Made by a program: the position numbers and the translations under genes | Source of the DNA: a virus | Direction: 5' to 3' (one strand) | Virus record (IMG/VR): IMGVR_UViG_3300010151_000007 | Span: 36,327-100,326 of that record | Length of the DNA stretch: 64,000 nt | The notes under the pieces: generated by a model | Told to the model about the DNA's origin: nothing | What the model saw: only the letters and a program-made list of their open reading frames with translations | Databases searched by the model: none | Part shown: positions 49,708 through 58,529 of the stretch, in pieces | Numbering within the stretch: the stretch's first letter is position 1 | How the letters are laid out: each line of letters starts with the position of its first letter

Positions 49708-50531
49708 AGCTTAAGCATAATAAAAAAAGAAATACCGCTTTTTTGTTTGAAGCGTTGATTCGCGAAATGGCCAAGACGGTTCTTTCCGAAAAGAAGGACG
49801 TGCGCGAGAAGATTAAAACAATCTTGAAAGAGCATTTTAAGAAAGGCTCCCTTCTGCATACAGAGCTTGGGCTTTATAAAACCATTTATGAAACCAGGGG
49901 CGCAGATCTCTACACAGCCGAAAGACTTGTACAAGAAGTTCAGAAATCTCACGGTGCAATGAGTAAAAAGGATTTGTTCAACGAACAGTCTGTCTTGATA
50001 AACGAAATCAACAAAACAGTAACTGCTGAAGTTTATAACAACTTTGTCCCAAGTTATAAAGGTTTGGCAACAATTAATCAACTCTTTCAAGAGGGGTTGA
50101 AGCCAAAACAAAGGGTCGCTCTGGAAAGAAAACTGATTCGGTCTATGATCACTAGAGACAACTCGTCACACGAGCTTCAAGAAATGGCCCACACCGATAG
50201 TTTGGTTTATAACTCGTTTGTCAAAAGATTCAACGAGACATACGACACCTCACTTCTTTCTGAACAGAAAGAGTTGTTGAACAAGTACATCATGTCTGTC
50301 GGGGATAATGGATTGCAATTTAAGGTTTACTTGAATTCTCAAATCGGAACCTTGAAAGAAAGGGTAGAAGAAGCGTTCTCTTTGGAAGAAATCAAGGACA
50401 GTGAAATCCTCCAAGAACGTTTGGGACAAGTAAGAGACAGATTGGATTCTTTTTCGACGAAGAGAATTGATTCTGAAATGATAGAGAATGTTCTGAAGAT
50501 TCAGAATCTTGTTAAGGAACTATACGACTGA
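49704..50531 (+). CDS. Head-module hypothetical protein (possible prohead core)
   Basis: MKLKHNKKRNTAFLFEAL; directly after portal. Confidence 0.65.
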   Translation: MKLKHNKKRNTAFLFEALIREMAKTVLSEKKDVREKIKTILKEHFKKGSLLHTELGLYKTIYETRGADLYTAERLVQEVQKSHGAMSKKDLFNEQSVLINEINKTVTAEVYNNFVPSYKGLATINQLFQEGLKPKQRVALERKLIRSMITRDNSSHELQEMAHTDSLVYNSFVKRFNETYDTSLLSEQKELLNKYIMSVGDNGLQFKVYLNSQIGTLKERVEEAFSLEEIKDSEILQERLGQVRDRLDSFSTKRIDSEMIENVLKIQNLVKELYD

Positions 50532-51088
50532 TGGCAATCAATATTCATGTTGGTGATTCGCCGCCACCCGAAGAGGTGGAGCAGATTGAACAGAAGCCAA
50601 TTGCAAAAATACAACTCAAAATAAGAAAGACTCTCGACGGCGATATCATGATCTTCGATCATGCAGACATCGATATTGTGGTTATGCCTGAAAAGATGAA
50701 GCTTATAGCTTTTGCGAAAGACGTGACAAGTGAATTTGTATATGGAGCCGAAAATAGAATGTTTCAGTTTCTTAGCAAAAAAGGTATTATCGATCCAGCC
50801 ACGGTTCAAGGCGGAAACATATATGGTTCTATAGAAGGTATGATAAGAACGTCTGATGAATTGCATCCGATTAAAATACTACTTCTCAATATCTCAAAGT
50901 TCATTGACGAAGAGCGTCCATATTTTGAGTTCGTTGAAGACTATGAAGAAATGCAGACCGACCGCTTCGTTGATCCTGATGCAGAGGAGTCGACGGAACT
51001 CGGCGAAGTTCCACATAAGAAACAGAAAGGTCACTTGCGTCCCGGTGGTGGAGCAAATGGTACTTACTGGCAATCATATACATATTGA
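50531..51088 (+). CDS. Hypothetical protein
   Basis: Coupled ORF in the head module. Confidence 0.65.
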   Translation: MAINIHVGDSPPPEEVEQIEQKPIAKIQLKIRKTLDGDIMIFDHADIDIVVMPEKMKLIAFAKDVTSEFVYGAENRMFQFLSKKGIIDPATVQGGNIYGSIEGMIRTSDELHPIKILLLNISKFIDEERPYFEFVEDYEEMQTDRFVDPDAEESTELGEVPHKKQKGHLRPGGGANGTYWQSYTY

Positions 51089-51113
51089 GAAATAGAAATG
51101 AAAAAACTACCGG

Positions 51114-51473
51114 ATGGTAAGCATTGAGGTATTTGTGGATTTAATTTGGTTCATTCTGTCGTCAACAGGCTTGACAACACTTCTCGTATATGCTACAATT
51201 TTTGACCCTATCCGCCCATCGAAAGAATGGTTGAATGGATGGGGTCATTTATTTCACTGCCCCTTATGTTTAGGTTTTTGGGCAGGTATATTTATGTTTG
51301 CCGTTAACCCTTGGACGGAACTATTTACTTTTGACTACACTGTCACAAACAGTTTGATATGTGGCTGTGTTAGTTCTTTGAGTGCGTATGCATTCAATGT
51401 TATGCTGGGAGACGAAGGTTTAAACATGGTACTTAAAGGAGGTGATCATGACAACTTTAATTCAAACAGTTAG
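51114..51473 (+). CDS. Membrane protein with CxxC (DUF1360-like)
   Basis: Three hydrophobic segments; LFHCPLCLGFWAG. Confidence 0.55.
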   Translation: MVSIEVFVDLIWFILSSTGLTTLLVYATIFDPIRPSKEWLNGWGHLFHCPLCLGFWAGIFMFAVNPWTELFTFDYTVTNSLICGCVSSLSAYAFNVMLGDEGLNMVLKGGDHDNFNSNS

Positions 51474-51516
51474 ATGGGGCTTAATGCCCGTTCGTAGATG
51501 CTGCAAAGGTTCGTAA
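51448..51516 (+). CDS. Uncalled 22-aa ORF MTTLIQTVRWGLMPVRRCCKGS
   Basis: Preceded by AAAGGAGGTGATC (51435-51447); fills the gap before the prohead protease. Confidence 0.55.
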   Translation: MTTLIQTVRWGLMPVRRCCKGS

Positions 51517-51533
51517 CTTAGAGGTAACTTTTA

Positions 51534-52136
51534 ATGTCAGGAAAAGTATTATTACGTGAATTTTATGCTCTGTGCGACGGCGGCGTGTGTCAGGACTATT
51601 TGACTGAATCTGAAAAGATGGAAATGTCGAATGGAACTGGCTTTTACATGACCGGTGTTATGCAAAGAGCAGATCTGAAAAATGGGAACGGTAGAGTGTA
51701 TCCGAGAAAAGTTCTAGAACGTGAAATCGAAAACTATAAAAGGTTAGTAGAAGAACGTAGAGCTTTGGGAGAACTAGACCATCCAGACGATCCCGTTATC
51801 AATTTACGCAATACTTCTCATCTTGTCACCAAAATTTGGTGGGAAGGAAACGACGTTAAAGGTAAGGTGAAAGTCCTTAACACTCCTTCGGGTAAAGTGT
51901 TACAAGAGCTTGCCAAGTCTGGTGTTACATTAGGAATATCTTCACGGGGCTTAGGCTCCACAAGTCAGGGGCACAATGGTCTGATGGTGGAAGATGATTT
52001 CCAATTAATTTGTTTTGACTTTGTATCCGAACCTTCTACTCCCGGCGCTTTCATGATGAAAGAAGTAAAAGATGGATACCCAATTGAAAAGTCTGATCGT
52101 ATTTTCCGTGCACTCAATGAGGTAATCAAGAAGTGA
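51534..52136 (+). CDS. gp21: Prohead core protease (gp21-like)
   Basis: NGNGRVYP, ALGELDHP, SH, TPSG, GISSRGLGS, DFVSEPSTPGA. Confidence 0.95.
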   Translation: MSGKVLLREFYALCDGGVCQDYLTESEKMEMSNGTGFYMTGVMQRADLKNGNGRVYPRKVLEREIENYKRLVEERRALGELDHPDDPVINLRNTSHLVTKIWWEGNDVKGKVKVLNTPSGKVLQELAKSGVTLGISSRGLGSTSQGHNGLMVEDDFQLICFDFVSEPSTPGAFMMKEVKDGYPIEKSDRIFRALNEVIKK

Positions 52137-52351
52137 AAATTACAAAAGAGAAATTGAAGAAAGTGATTTTAGAGGCATACAATACTCAAATGACTCATTC
52201 AGATGCATCTGATTTGAAAGATGTGGCCAGAGCGATCAAAAGAGTTTTGGAAAGCGAGAACTTGTCCCCTCAAGGCCAAGAGGATATGACAATAGCTTTC
52301 GAAATGATTAAAAGAGTGTTGAACAGTGCACATTATGCTAGGACAAGATAA
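52133..52351 (+). CDS. Small protein with MKITKEKLKKVILE leader (GTG start)
   Basis: First 8 residues identical to the 39845 protein; GAGG SD. Confidence 0.7.
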   Translation: MKITKEKLKKVILEAYNTQMTHSDASDLKDVARAIKRVLESENLSPQGQEDMTIAFEMIKRVLNSAHYARTR

Positions 52352-52355
52352 CTAA

Positions 52356-52775
52356 ATGAACAAGAAACAATTGAAAGAAATCATGAGACCCCTTGTCAAA
52401 GAACTCATGATGGAAGCGTTGATTCAGGAAGGGTTGTTGTCGAACATTGTTTCAGAAGTGAATAAAGGTCTCCGCGAAAGCGACGATCGCTTAATCAGAG
52501 CACACGCTTCAGAAACAATGCCAGAAAGAGACAATACCGAGACGGTCAGTGAACCGGCTCGTTTGCCTCGCAAGAAAAGTAAAAGAAACGATCTCCAAGA
52601 GCAAAGACAAAGAATGCTTAAGGAGATGTCAGAAAGTGCATATGGCGGCGTAGATATATTTGAAGGCGTCGATCCCATACCGCAGCAAGGCACTGGTCAG
52701 CAGTCGAAGTTCGGAGCCTTGAGAGACCGAGACCCTAATGATTCTGGCATTGATTTGTCACAATTTGGTTTTTGA
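52356..52775 (+). CDS. Head-module hypothetical protein
   Basis: MNKKQLKEIMRPLVKE leader-like start; LIQEGLLS.IVSEV. Confidence 0.7.
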   Translation: MNKKQLKEIMRPLVKELMMEALIQEGLLSNIVSEVNKGLRESDDRLIRAHASETMPERDNTETVSEPARLPRKKSKRNDLQEQRQRMLKEMSESAYGGVDIFEGVDPIPQQGTGQQSKFGALRDRDPNDSGIDLSQFGF

Positions 52776-52778
52776 AAG

Positions 52779-52786
52779 ACTAATTA
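52779..52786 (+). promoter_or_regulatory. Candidate late promoter ACTAATTA
   Basis: Intergenic, 21 nt before ATG 52808. Confidence 0.7.
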
Positions 52787-52807
52787 TGAGAGAAAAGGAA
52801 AACAACA

Positions 52808-53212
52808 ATGGGTGACAACGATTTTAAACACTACAATGTCGGCCTTCATAACGTCGGTTCTTATCAAACTTCTGGTTGGCCATGGATCACTGGTTCAACC
52901 GGCCATGCGGCTAATTCAGAAATAAAGTATGAATTCCCAAGTGTGGCAAAAGCAGTGACTGTGATCAACAAATCTAATCAAAGCATTCAGATTCACTTTG
53001 CTCCCGCCTCCGCTGGTAATCCGATTACAGGTTTGCACTACGTCTCACTCGACAGCGATGAAGATAAGATCGTATTGAATGTCAAATGCAAAGAGATTTA
53101 TATCACGGCTCCAAACACTGGTTCATCTAGAAGTTATGAAATCATTGCAGAAATGACAAACATCAACGCAGACCGAATGTACATTCTTACTGGGTCTGGT
53201 GTGACAGATTGA
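52808..53212 (+). CDS. Small beta-rich virion protein (possible capsid decoration)
   Basis: Own late motif; three TGS motifs; beta-strand pattern. Confidence 0.55.
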   Translation: MGDNDFKHYNVGLHNVGSYQTSGWPWITGSTGHAANSEIKYEFPSVAKAVTVINKSNQSIQIHFAPASAGNPITGLHYVSLDSDEDKIVLNVKCKEIYITAPNTGSSRSYEIIAEMTNINADRMYILTGSGVTD

Positions 53213-53346
53213 CGTCTAATTTCAAAATTGCTTACGATGCTGACAGAAGAGTTGATACACCTGTTGCGGTAACAATATTGGCCAGAACAGGAAGCTTAAC
53301 AGTTGGCAAAGTTGATATATACACACCCTATGTAGAAACAGAATAA
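53209..53346 (+). CDS. Uncalled 45-aa ORF (TTG start)
   Basis: TTGA overlap with the previous stop; reads TSNFKIAYDADRRVDTPVAVTILARTGSLTVGKVDIYTPYVETE and fills the gap to the bS21 SD. Confidence 0.4.
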   Translation: MTSNFKIAYDADRRVDTPVAVTILARTGSLTVGKVDIYTPYVETE

Positions 53347-53356
53347 AAGAGGTAAG

Positions 53357-53632
53357 ATGAGTTACAAGAGGAATTATAGGAACCACGATCGCAGAAGAGA
53401 ATATACTCCGGTTCCTGAAAGTAGACGGCCTTCGAATTTAACAGTCGTTGTCCACGAAGGTGAATTTCCAGAAAGAGCAATTAAAAGGTTCTTGAAAAAG
53501 TGCAAAAAGAATAGAATCTTAGATGATTATCGGAAGCATGAATATTATGAAAAGCCTTCGGTTAAAAGAAAAAGGGCCGCTCATAAACGAAAGAGAACCC
53601 TTGATAAATTGAGGGCCAAAGAAGGTACCTGA
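53357..53632 (+). CDS. rpsU: Phage-encoded 30S ribosomal protein bS21
   Basis: V.V.EGE..ERAIKRFLKKC....IL...RKHEYYEKPSVKRKR signature. Confidence 0.92.
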   Translation: MSYKRNYRNHDRRREYTPVPESRRPSNLTVVVHEGEFPERAIKRFLKKCKKNRILDDYRKHEYYEKPSVKRKRAAHKRKRTLDKLRAKEGT

Positions 53633-53651
53633 AAGGGTGCCTTTTCTTTTT
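53622..53651 (+). terminator. Rho-independent terminator after bS21
   Basis: AAGGTACCT-GAAA-GGGTGCCTT stem-loop followed by TTCTTTTT. Confidence 0.8.
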
Positions 53652-53682
53652 GGCCGAAAACGGGAACTTCAACTTTCCAAAT

Positions 53683-53690
53683 ACTAATTA
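53683..53690 (+). promoter_or_regulatory. Candidate late promoter ACTAATTA
   Basis: After the terminator, 26 nt before scaffold ATG 53717. Confidence 0.75.
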
Positions 53691-53716
53691 AATCTGTATA
53701 AAAGGGTGTACCATAT

Positions 53717-54817
53717 ATGTCTTCTATGTTAGAACAAGCAATTATTGACGCAGACTCATTACGAGAAACAGCTATTCGCAGTGCGAAGAGAATTGTTCTG
53801 GAAGAGCATGCAAGCGAAATTAAGAACATTGTCGAGGGTCTTTTAGAGGCTGACGAAGAAAAGGGTTCTGGATTGGATGCTCTTGCTGATTTGACTGGCG
53901 AGGACTCGCTTGAAGATTCGGGTGCAACCGAAGATGTAGAAGGGATCCCCCAGGCGGCAGCCGGAACCGAACGGTTGTGCCCATGCCCAGATAACGATGA
54001 AGAAGTGGAATTAGAATTTACACTTGACGATTTGAAGAAAATGGCTGGAGAGATTGAGGGTGGCGAACCGGTCCCTCATGAAGAGTTGGTAGACAACGAA
54101 GAGCCAATGATGCAAGAAGAGTTAGATTTAGAATTAGACTTAGACTCTACGGAAGAAGTGGAAGAGGCTTGTGGGACCTACGAAGAAGCTCGTGGAACCT
54201 ATGAAGAAGCTCGTGGAACCTACGAAGAAGAATTGGAGCTTGAGGGTTTGGATGAGGCAGAACTTCGACGAATGGTCGAAGAGTTGGTGGTCGACATTGA
54301 ACCAAAGAATTCTGGCTGGGCAGGAACCCCAGAAAGTCATATGGAAGAATATGAAGAAATGGCATTGGCACAAGCCGCCGACGCCGAACACAAAGAGGAG
54401 AACGATGAATTGAAAAAGACCGTCGACTCTTTGGAAGAACAACTTACTGTTGCATTACGCAACAATAACAAACTTTCTGAAACCATTAATTTGGTGAAGG
54501 AACGCTTTGGCAAGATTACTCTCGCCAACGCGAGGCTCTTGTACGAAAATCGTATACTTAATAACAACTCGTTGAATGAGAAACAAAAAGATAGAATTGT
54601 TGAAGCTATTAAGTTGTCGGATTCTGTAGAAGAGGCGAAGGTCATTTATGAGACTCTTCAAAGTGCGGTGGGTTCTCGAAAGAGGACTGTTGAATCACTG
54701 AACGAAGCAATAGTTAGACCTTCACATACTGCACGCCGTGCAAAGCCTGTGACAAACGAAAAAGAGGATTCTCTCCGTAGTCATTGGCAGACATTGGCCG
54801 GTATAAAGAAAGACTAA
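53717..54817 (+). CDS. Prohead scaffold/core protein (gp22-like position)
   Basis: Very acidic coiled coil, NARLLY.N, terminal WQTLAGI; immediately before the major capsid gene. Confidence 0.75.
   Translation: MSSMLEQAIIDADSLRETAIRSAKRIVLEEHASEIKNIVEGLLEADEEKGSGLDALADLTGEDSLEDSGATEDVEGIPQAAAGTERLCPCPDNDEEVELEFTLDDLKKMAGEIEGGEPVPHEELVDNEEPMMQEELDLELDLDSTEEVEEACGTYEEARGTYEEARGTYEEELELEGLDEAELRRMVEELVVDIEPKNSGWAGTPESHMEEYEEMALAQAADAEHKEENDELKKTVDSLEEQLTVALRNNNKLSETINLVKERFGKITLANARLLYENRILNNNSLNEKQKDRIVEAIKLSDSVEEAKVIYETLQSAVGSRKRTVESLNEAIVRPSHTARRAKPVTNEKEDSLRSHWQTLAGIKKD
54161..54223 (+). repeat. Three tandem 21-nt units encoding EEA(C/R)GTY
   Basis: gaagaggcttgtgggacctac / gaagaagctcgtggaacctat / gaagaagctcgtggaacctac. 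Confidence 0.95.
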
Positions 54818-54820
54818 TTA
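54813..54820 (+). promoter_or_regulatory. Candidate late promoter ACTAATTA
   Basis: Overlaps the scaffold stop codon; just before the capsid gene SD (AGGAG). Confidence 0.7.
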
Positions 54821-54837
54821 AATATTTTTAGGAGAAA

Positions 54838-56568
54838 ATGAAACTTATGTCTATACTAGGAAAATTAACAGAAGGTATTGAACGTCGGGATCTCCAAAAA
54901 GAAGGTGCAAAATTGCTTAACAAGTGGGAACGCACCGGGCTTTTGGAAGGAATGAAAGGCGATCATGCTCGTGCCTCGATGGCACAGTTGCTTGAAAATC
55001 AGGCAAAACAGTTGTTGCAGGAAACTTCCTCAATGGCTGCGGGAGACGTGGAAGGCTTTGCCTCTGTAGCGTTCCCATTGGTGCGCCGTGTATTCGGTGG
55101 CCTATTGGCAAACGACCTTGTGTCGGTTCAGCCTATGAGTCTCCCATCGGGACTTATCTTCTTCCTCGACTTTACTGTCTCGGATGAGACAGGTACTCGT
55201 CTTTCGTATGAAAGCGGTGACTCGTTGTACGGCGGCGGTGTTGTGGCCAAGCAGATCACTGGTGGTGTTGACCTGACAGGCGAAAACGCAGAAGATTCAG
55301 GTTATAACTTAAATAACGGTTATGCCTCACCAACTGGCTCTGGCACAGTGGCTATTACAGCCCACGACTCTGGTACATTCGGTGTTAACACTGAAGGTTC
55401 AGCGAATGGTTGGCAAACAATCACTGCTGACACAGCAAACAAGTTGATGCGTTGGGATCCGGACTTGAATTCTGGTTCAACTAAAGTTGCTATCGGTAAG
55501 GTTCAGCTTTCAAGCCTAGCCCAGTTCGATAGTGCAAACTTGGTCAACTTGGTTGTCACTCTAACTGGTACCCCCGCTGGAGCGACACAGGTTCGCCGTT
55601 TGACCCAGTTCAGTGGTACTACCAAGACACACGCTTTGGTGTTCTTTAAGGCTGATGGTGCTACGCTTACCCAGCTTTCTGGTGCTGTCACGGGCTCCAA
55701 GACTATGAATTGGGCAGAAGTCGATGACTTCACTGCTGGCGGTGCAACCGGCGCTGTTGTTGGTACCACGGTTTGGGGCTTGGAAAACGAAGCCAACATT
55801 CCAGAGATCGATATCAAGGTTGATTCAGTCTCGGTCACCACACAGACCAAAAAGCTCAAAGCTAAGTGGACACCTGAACTTGGTCAGGATTTGAACGCAT
55901 ACCATAACTTGGATGCAGAGGTTGAGTTGACATCTATTCTTTCCGAGCAGATTGCACTTGAAATCGACCGCGAAATCCTTGAAGACCTCTTGAAGTTAGC
56001 CCAGGCTGGAACTTTTTATTGGTCACGCTCCCCAGGCATGTTCCTGAACAGAACAACTGGCGCAGAGATTGGTGCTTCTACCGCTGCTCCAGACTTCACA
56101 GGAACCGTATCCGAATGGTATGAGACTCTCATTGAAACAATTAACGATGTGTCTGCACAGATTCATCGTAAGACCTTGAGAGGCGGTGCTAACTTCGTGG
56201 TATGTGGTCCAGAAGTTGCCAATATTCTTGAATTCACTGCTGGATTCCGCGCAAGCGTGACCGCAGATGACGATAGAGGGACCATTGGTGCCGTCAACGT
56301 CGGCTCGCTTTCGAAGAAATTCGAAGTCTATGTTGATCCATACTTCCCGCGTAACGTGATTCTGGTCGGGCGCAAGGGTGGTAGCTTCCTCGAAAGTGGA
56401 TATGTCTACGCTCCGTATGTGCCACTTCAGGTTACACCAACAATCTTCGGTGTTGAAGACTTCGTGCCTCGCAAGGGTGTCATGACTCGCTACGCCAAGA
56501 AGATGGTTCGTCCTGATATGTATGGTGTGGTTGTTGTCCGTGGCTTGCTTGGTGAGACCGGAAGCTGA
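54838..56568 (+). CDS. gp23: Major capsid protein (gp23-like)
   Basis: LLENQ, PLVRR, VSVQPM..PSGLIF, KLKAKWTPELGQDL.AYH.LDAE.EL, EIDREI, YAPYVPL, PRKGVMTRY. Confidence 0.97.
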   Translation: MKLMSILGKLTEGIERRDLQKEGAKLLNKWERTGLLEGMKGDHARASMAQLLENQAKQLLQETSSMAAGDVEGFASVAFPLVRRVFGGLLANDLVSVQPMSLPSGLIFFLDFTVSDETGTRLSYESGDSLYGGGVVAKQITGGVDLTGENAEDSGYNLNNGYASPTGSGTVAITAHDSGTFGVNTEGSANGWQTITADTANKLMRWDPDLNSGSTKVAIGKVQLSSLAQFDSANLVNLVVTLTGTPAGATQVRRLTQFSGTTKTHALVFFKADGATLTQLSGAVTGSKTMNWAEVDDFTAGGATGAVVGTTVWGLENEANIPEIDIKVDSVSVTTQTKKLKAKWTPELGQDLNAYHNLDAEVELTSILSEQIALEIDREILEDLLKLAQAGTFYWSRSPGMFLNRTTGAEIGASTAAPDFTGTVSEWYETLIETINDVSAQIHRKTLRGGANFVVCGPEVANILEFTAGFRASVTADDDRGTIGAVNVGSLSKKFEVYVDPYFPRNVILVGRKGGSFLESGYVYAPYVPLQVTPTIFGVEDFVPRKGVMTRYAKKMVRPDMYGVVVVRGLLGETGS

Positions 56569-56589
56569 TAGCAACTAGCTAGTTCTTTT

Positions 56590-56622
56590 AAACCCCGTAC
56601 CCTTTGGTGCGGGGTTTTTTTT
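56590..56622 (+). terminator. Rho-independent terminator after the major capsid gene
   Basis: AAACCCCGTACC-CTTT-GGTGCGGGGTTT followed by a T run. Confidence 0.9.
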
Positions 56623-56640
56623 ATGTTTCGGAGACGGAAA

Positions 56641-56648
56641 ACTATTTA
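56641..56648 (+). promoter_or_regulatory. Candidate late promoter ACTATTTA
   Basis: Just after the terminator, 25 nt before ATG 56674. Confidence 0.75.
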
Positions 56649-56673
56649 GTTTGTACAGTAGGAAACCATATTT

Positions 56674-57999
56674 ATGCCAGCAAGACCAGTATTAGATCCA
56701 ATACAACAATCAAGCCTTTCCATACTCCCCGAAACGGGGTCTACAGCCACGACTGGTGCCGGTGCTGGTAATACCTCCAACTATCCGTTTGGAATGTATG
56801 TAGACACCAACCACGCCCTCTATGACGCGAATTTCATATCAGGTGCGGCTGACCAAGTCACATACGTGTATCGCAAGCTTGGTGGTGACGTCCTTGACAT
56901 TGAATTAAAGCAAGAAAGCGTATATTCTTCTTACGAAGAAGCTGTTTTAGAGTATTCATACCTAATCAACCTTCATCAAAGCAAGAATGCACTTTCTGAT
57001 TTTCTTGGTCATGCGACTGGTACATTTGATCAAGATGGGCAGTTGAAAACAACTTTAAGCTCATCGAATGTTAATCTAAGGTATCCTAAATTTGAATTCC
57101 GTTCCGCAAAAAGGGTTGCTCTTGGTGTTGCCACCGAAGCCCAGGTTGGTGGTACACAGACATTCTATTCAGCTTCATTCCTTTTGGTTGCTGGACAGCA
57201 AGATTATAACTTACAAACAGTCGTTTCAAGTAATGCTGCTGGCACCGAACCGGCAACTGGTAACGCTCCAAAATATGCTAGCATTATTAATTCAAATGCT
57301 GATAAAAGAATTACGATTAGGAAAGTCTTTTTTAAAACTCCTCAATCAATATGGAGGTTTTATGGCTACTATGGTGGCTTAAATGTTGTTGGAAACTTAA
57401 ATCATTATGGTCAATTCGCTGATGACACAACCTTTGAGATTATTCCGGCTTGGCACAATAAGTTGCAAGCTATGGCTTTCAAAGATCACTTGTATACGAG
57501 ATTATCTCATTATTCATATGAATTGATTAACAACAACTTAAGGATCTACCCATATCCGCAACAGAGCTTGGTTAACTATATTTGGTTCACCTTCACAGTG
57601 GATGGCGCGATTGCAGCATGGGATGACGAAGATGGTCAGGACACTGGTATAAAAGGGATTAATAATCTCAACACTTTGCCGTTTGACAACCTCCCTTATG
57701 AGAATATCAATGGTATCGGTAAACAATGGATTCGCCGCTTTGCTTTGTCACTGGCCAAAGAAACACTCGGACAAATCCGAAGCAAGTTCTCCCCACTCCC
57801 GATTCCAGGTGATAACATCACTTTGAACGGCGAAGCCCTCTTGACTCAAGCAAAAGAGGAACAAACTGCTTTGCGGGACGAACTGAAAGAGATTCTTGAT
57901 CAGCTTACTTACCCCGCTCTTATCGAGAAGGACTTAGAGAAAGTTAATAACACTGCGAAAATCTTTGAAGAAGTTCCGCTTCCAATTTACCAAGGGTGA
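56674..57999 (+). CDS. gp13: Neck protein (gp13-like)
   Basis: RKLGG.VLDIEL, WIRRFALSLAKETLGQIRSKF...PG..ITLNG..L...A.EE. Confidence 0.85.
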   Translation: MPARPVLDPIQQSSLSILPETGSTATTGAGAGNTSNYPFGMYVDTNHALYDANFISGAADQVTYVYRKLGGDVLDIELKQESVYSSYEEAVLEYSYLINLHQSKNALSDFLGHATGTFDQDGQLKTTLSSSNVNLRYPKFEFRSAKRVALGVATEAQVGGTQTFYSASFLLVAGQQDYNLQTVVSSNAAGTEPATGNAPKYASIINSNADKRITIRKVFFKTPQSIWRFYGYYGGLNVVGNLNHYGQFADDTTFEIIPAWHNKLQAMAFKDHLYTRLSHYSYELINNNLRIYPYPQQSLVNYIWFTFTVDGAIAAWDDEDGQDTGIKGINNLNTLPFDNLPYENINGIGKQWIRRFALSLAKETLGQIRSKFSPLPIPGDNITLNGEALLTQAKEEQTALRDELKEILDQLTYPALIEKDLEKVNNTAKIFEEVPLPIYQG

Positions 58000-58004
58000 A
58001 CTGA

Positions 58005-58499
58005 ATGGCCGATGACAAGAAGTGGTCTAGACCATCGAACCCACCTTCACCTTTATTCTTAGGGGCAAAGGAGAGGGATTTCGTTAAGCAAGTAAACGAC
58101 GAATTAATCGAAAGAACGATTGGTCAGCAAATTGTTTATTATCCTTTAGATTTGGACCGCACAGATTATCACCCACTATATGGTGAAGCGATAAAGAAAT
58201 CATTCAGCCCGCCGATTCGAGTGTTCGCTCTTGTCGAATGGGATGAATATTCAACCGAGTATGTGGAGAATGTTGGCCTCGACAAAAAGAGTACAATCAA
58301 GATTCACTTTCACCACCGCCGGTTAACAGAAGATCAGGATTTGTTTGTTCGCGAAGGTGATTTCATTCTGTATGGCTTGAACTTCTACGAGATTGTTCAA
58401 TTGGAAGAACCGAAACAAATCTTTGGTCAGATTGAGAAAGAAATGGAAATCTCTGCTTTGTGTATTATTTCCCGCGAAGGGTTGTTTGATGCAACTTGA
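58005..58499 (+). CDS. gp14: Head closure/neck protein (gp14-like)
   Basis: ELIE..IGQ.IVYYP...LYGE...F...REGD; position after gp13. Confidence 0.75.
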   Translation: MADDKKWSRPSNPPSPLFLGAKERDFVKQVNDELIERTIGQQIVYYPLDLDRTDYHPLYGEAIKKSFSPPIRVFALVEWDEYSTEYVENVGLDKKSTIKIHFHHRRLTEDQDLFVREGDFILYGLNFYEIVQLEEPKQIFGQIEKEMEISALCIISREGLFDAT

Positions 58500-58529
58500 T
58501 AAACTTATTGATCACGGGGAGCCATTCTG

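Noticed and set aside
53357-53632. Host assignment from bS21
   Set aside because: Cannot be done without a phylogeny; the sequence alone does not identify the host.
54161-54223. CRISPR-like array
   Set aside because: Contiguous in-frame coding repeats with no spacers.
56023-56574. 183-aa minus-strand ORF
   Set aside because: Antisense shadow of the codon-biased major capsid gene; no motif.
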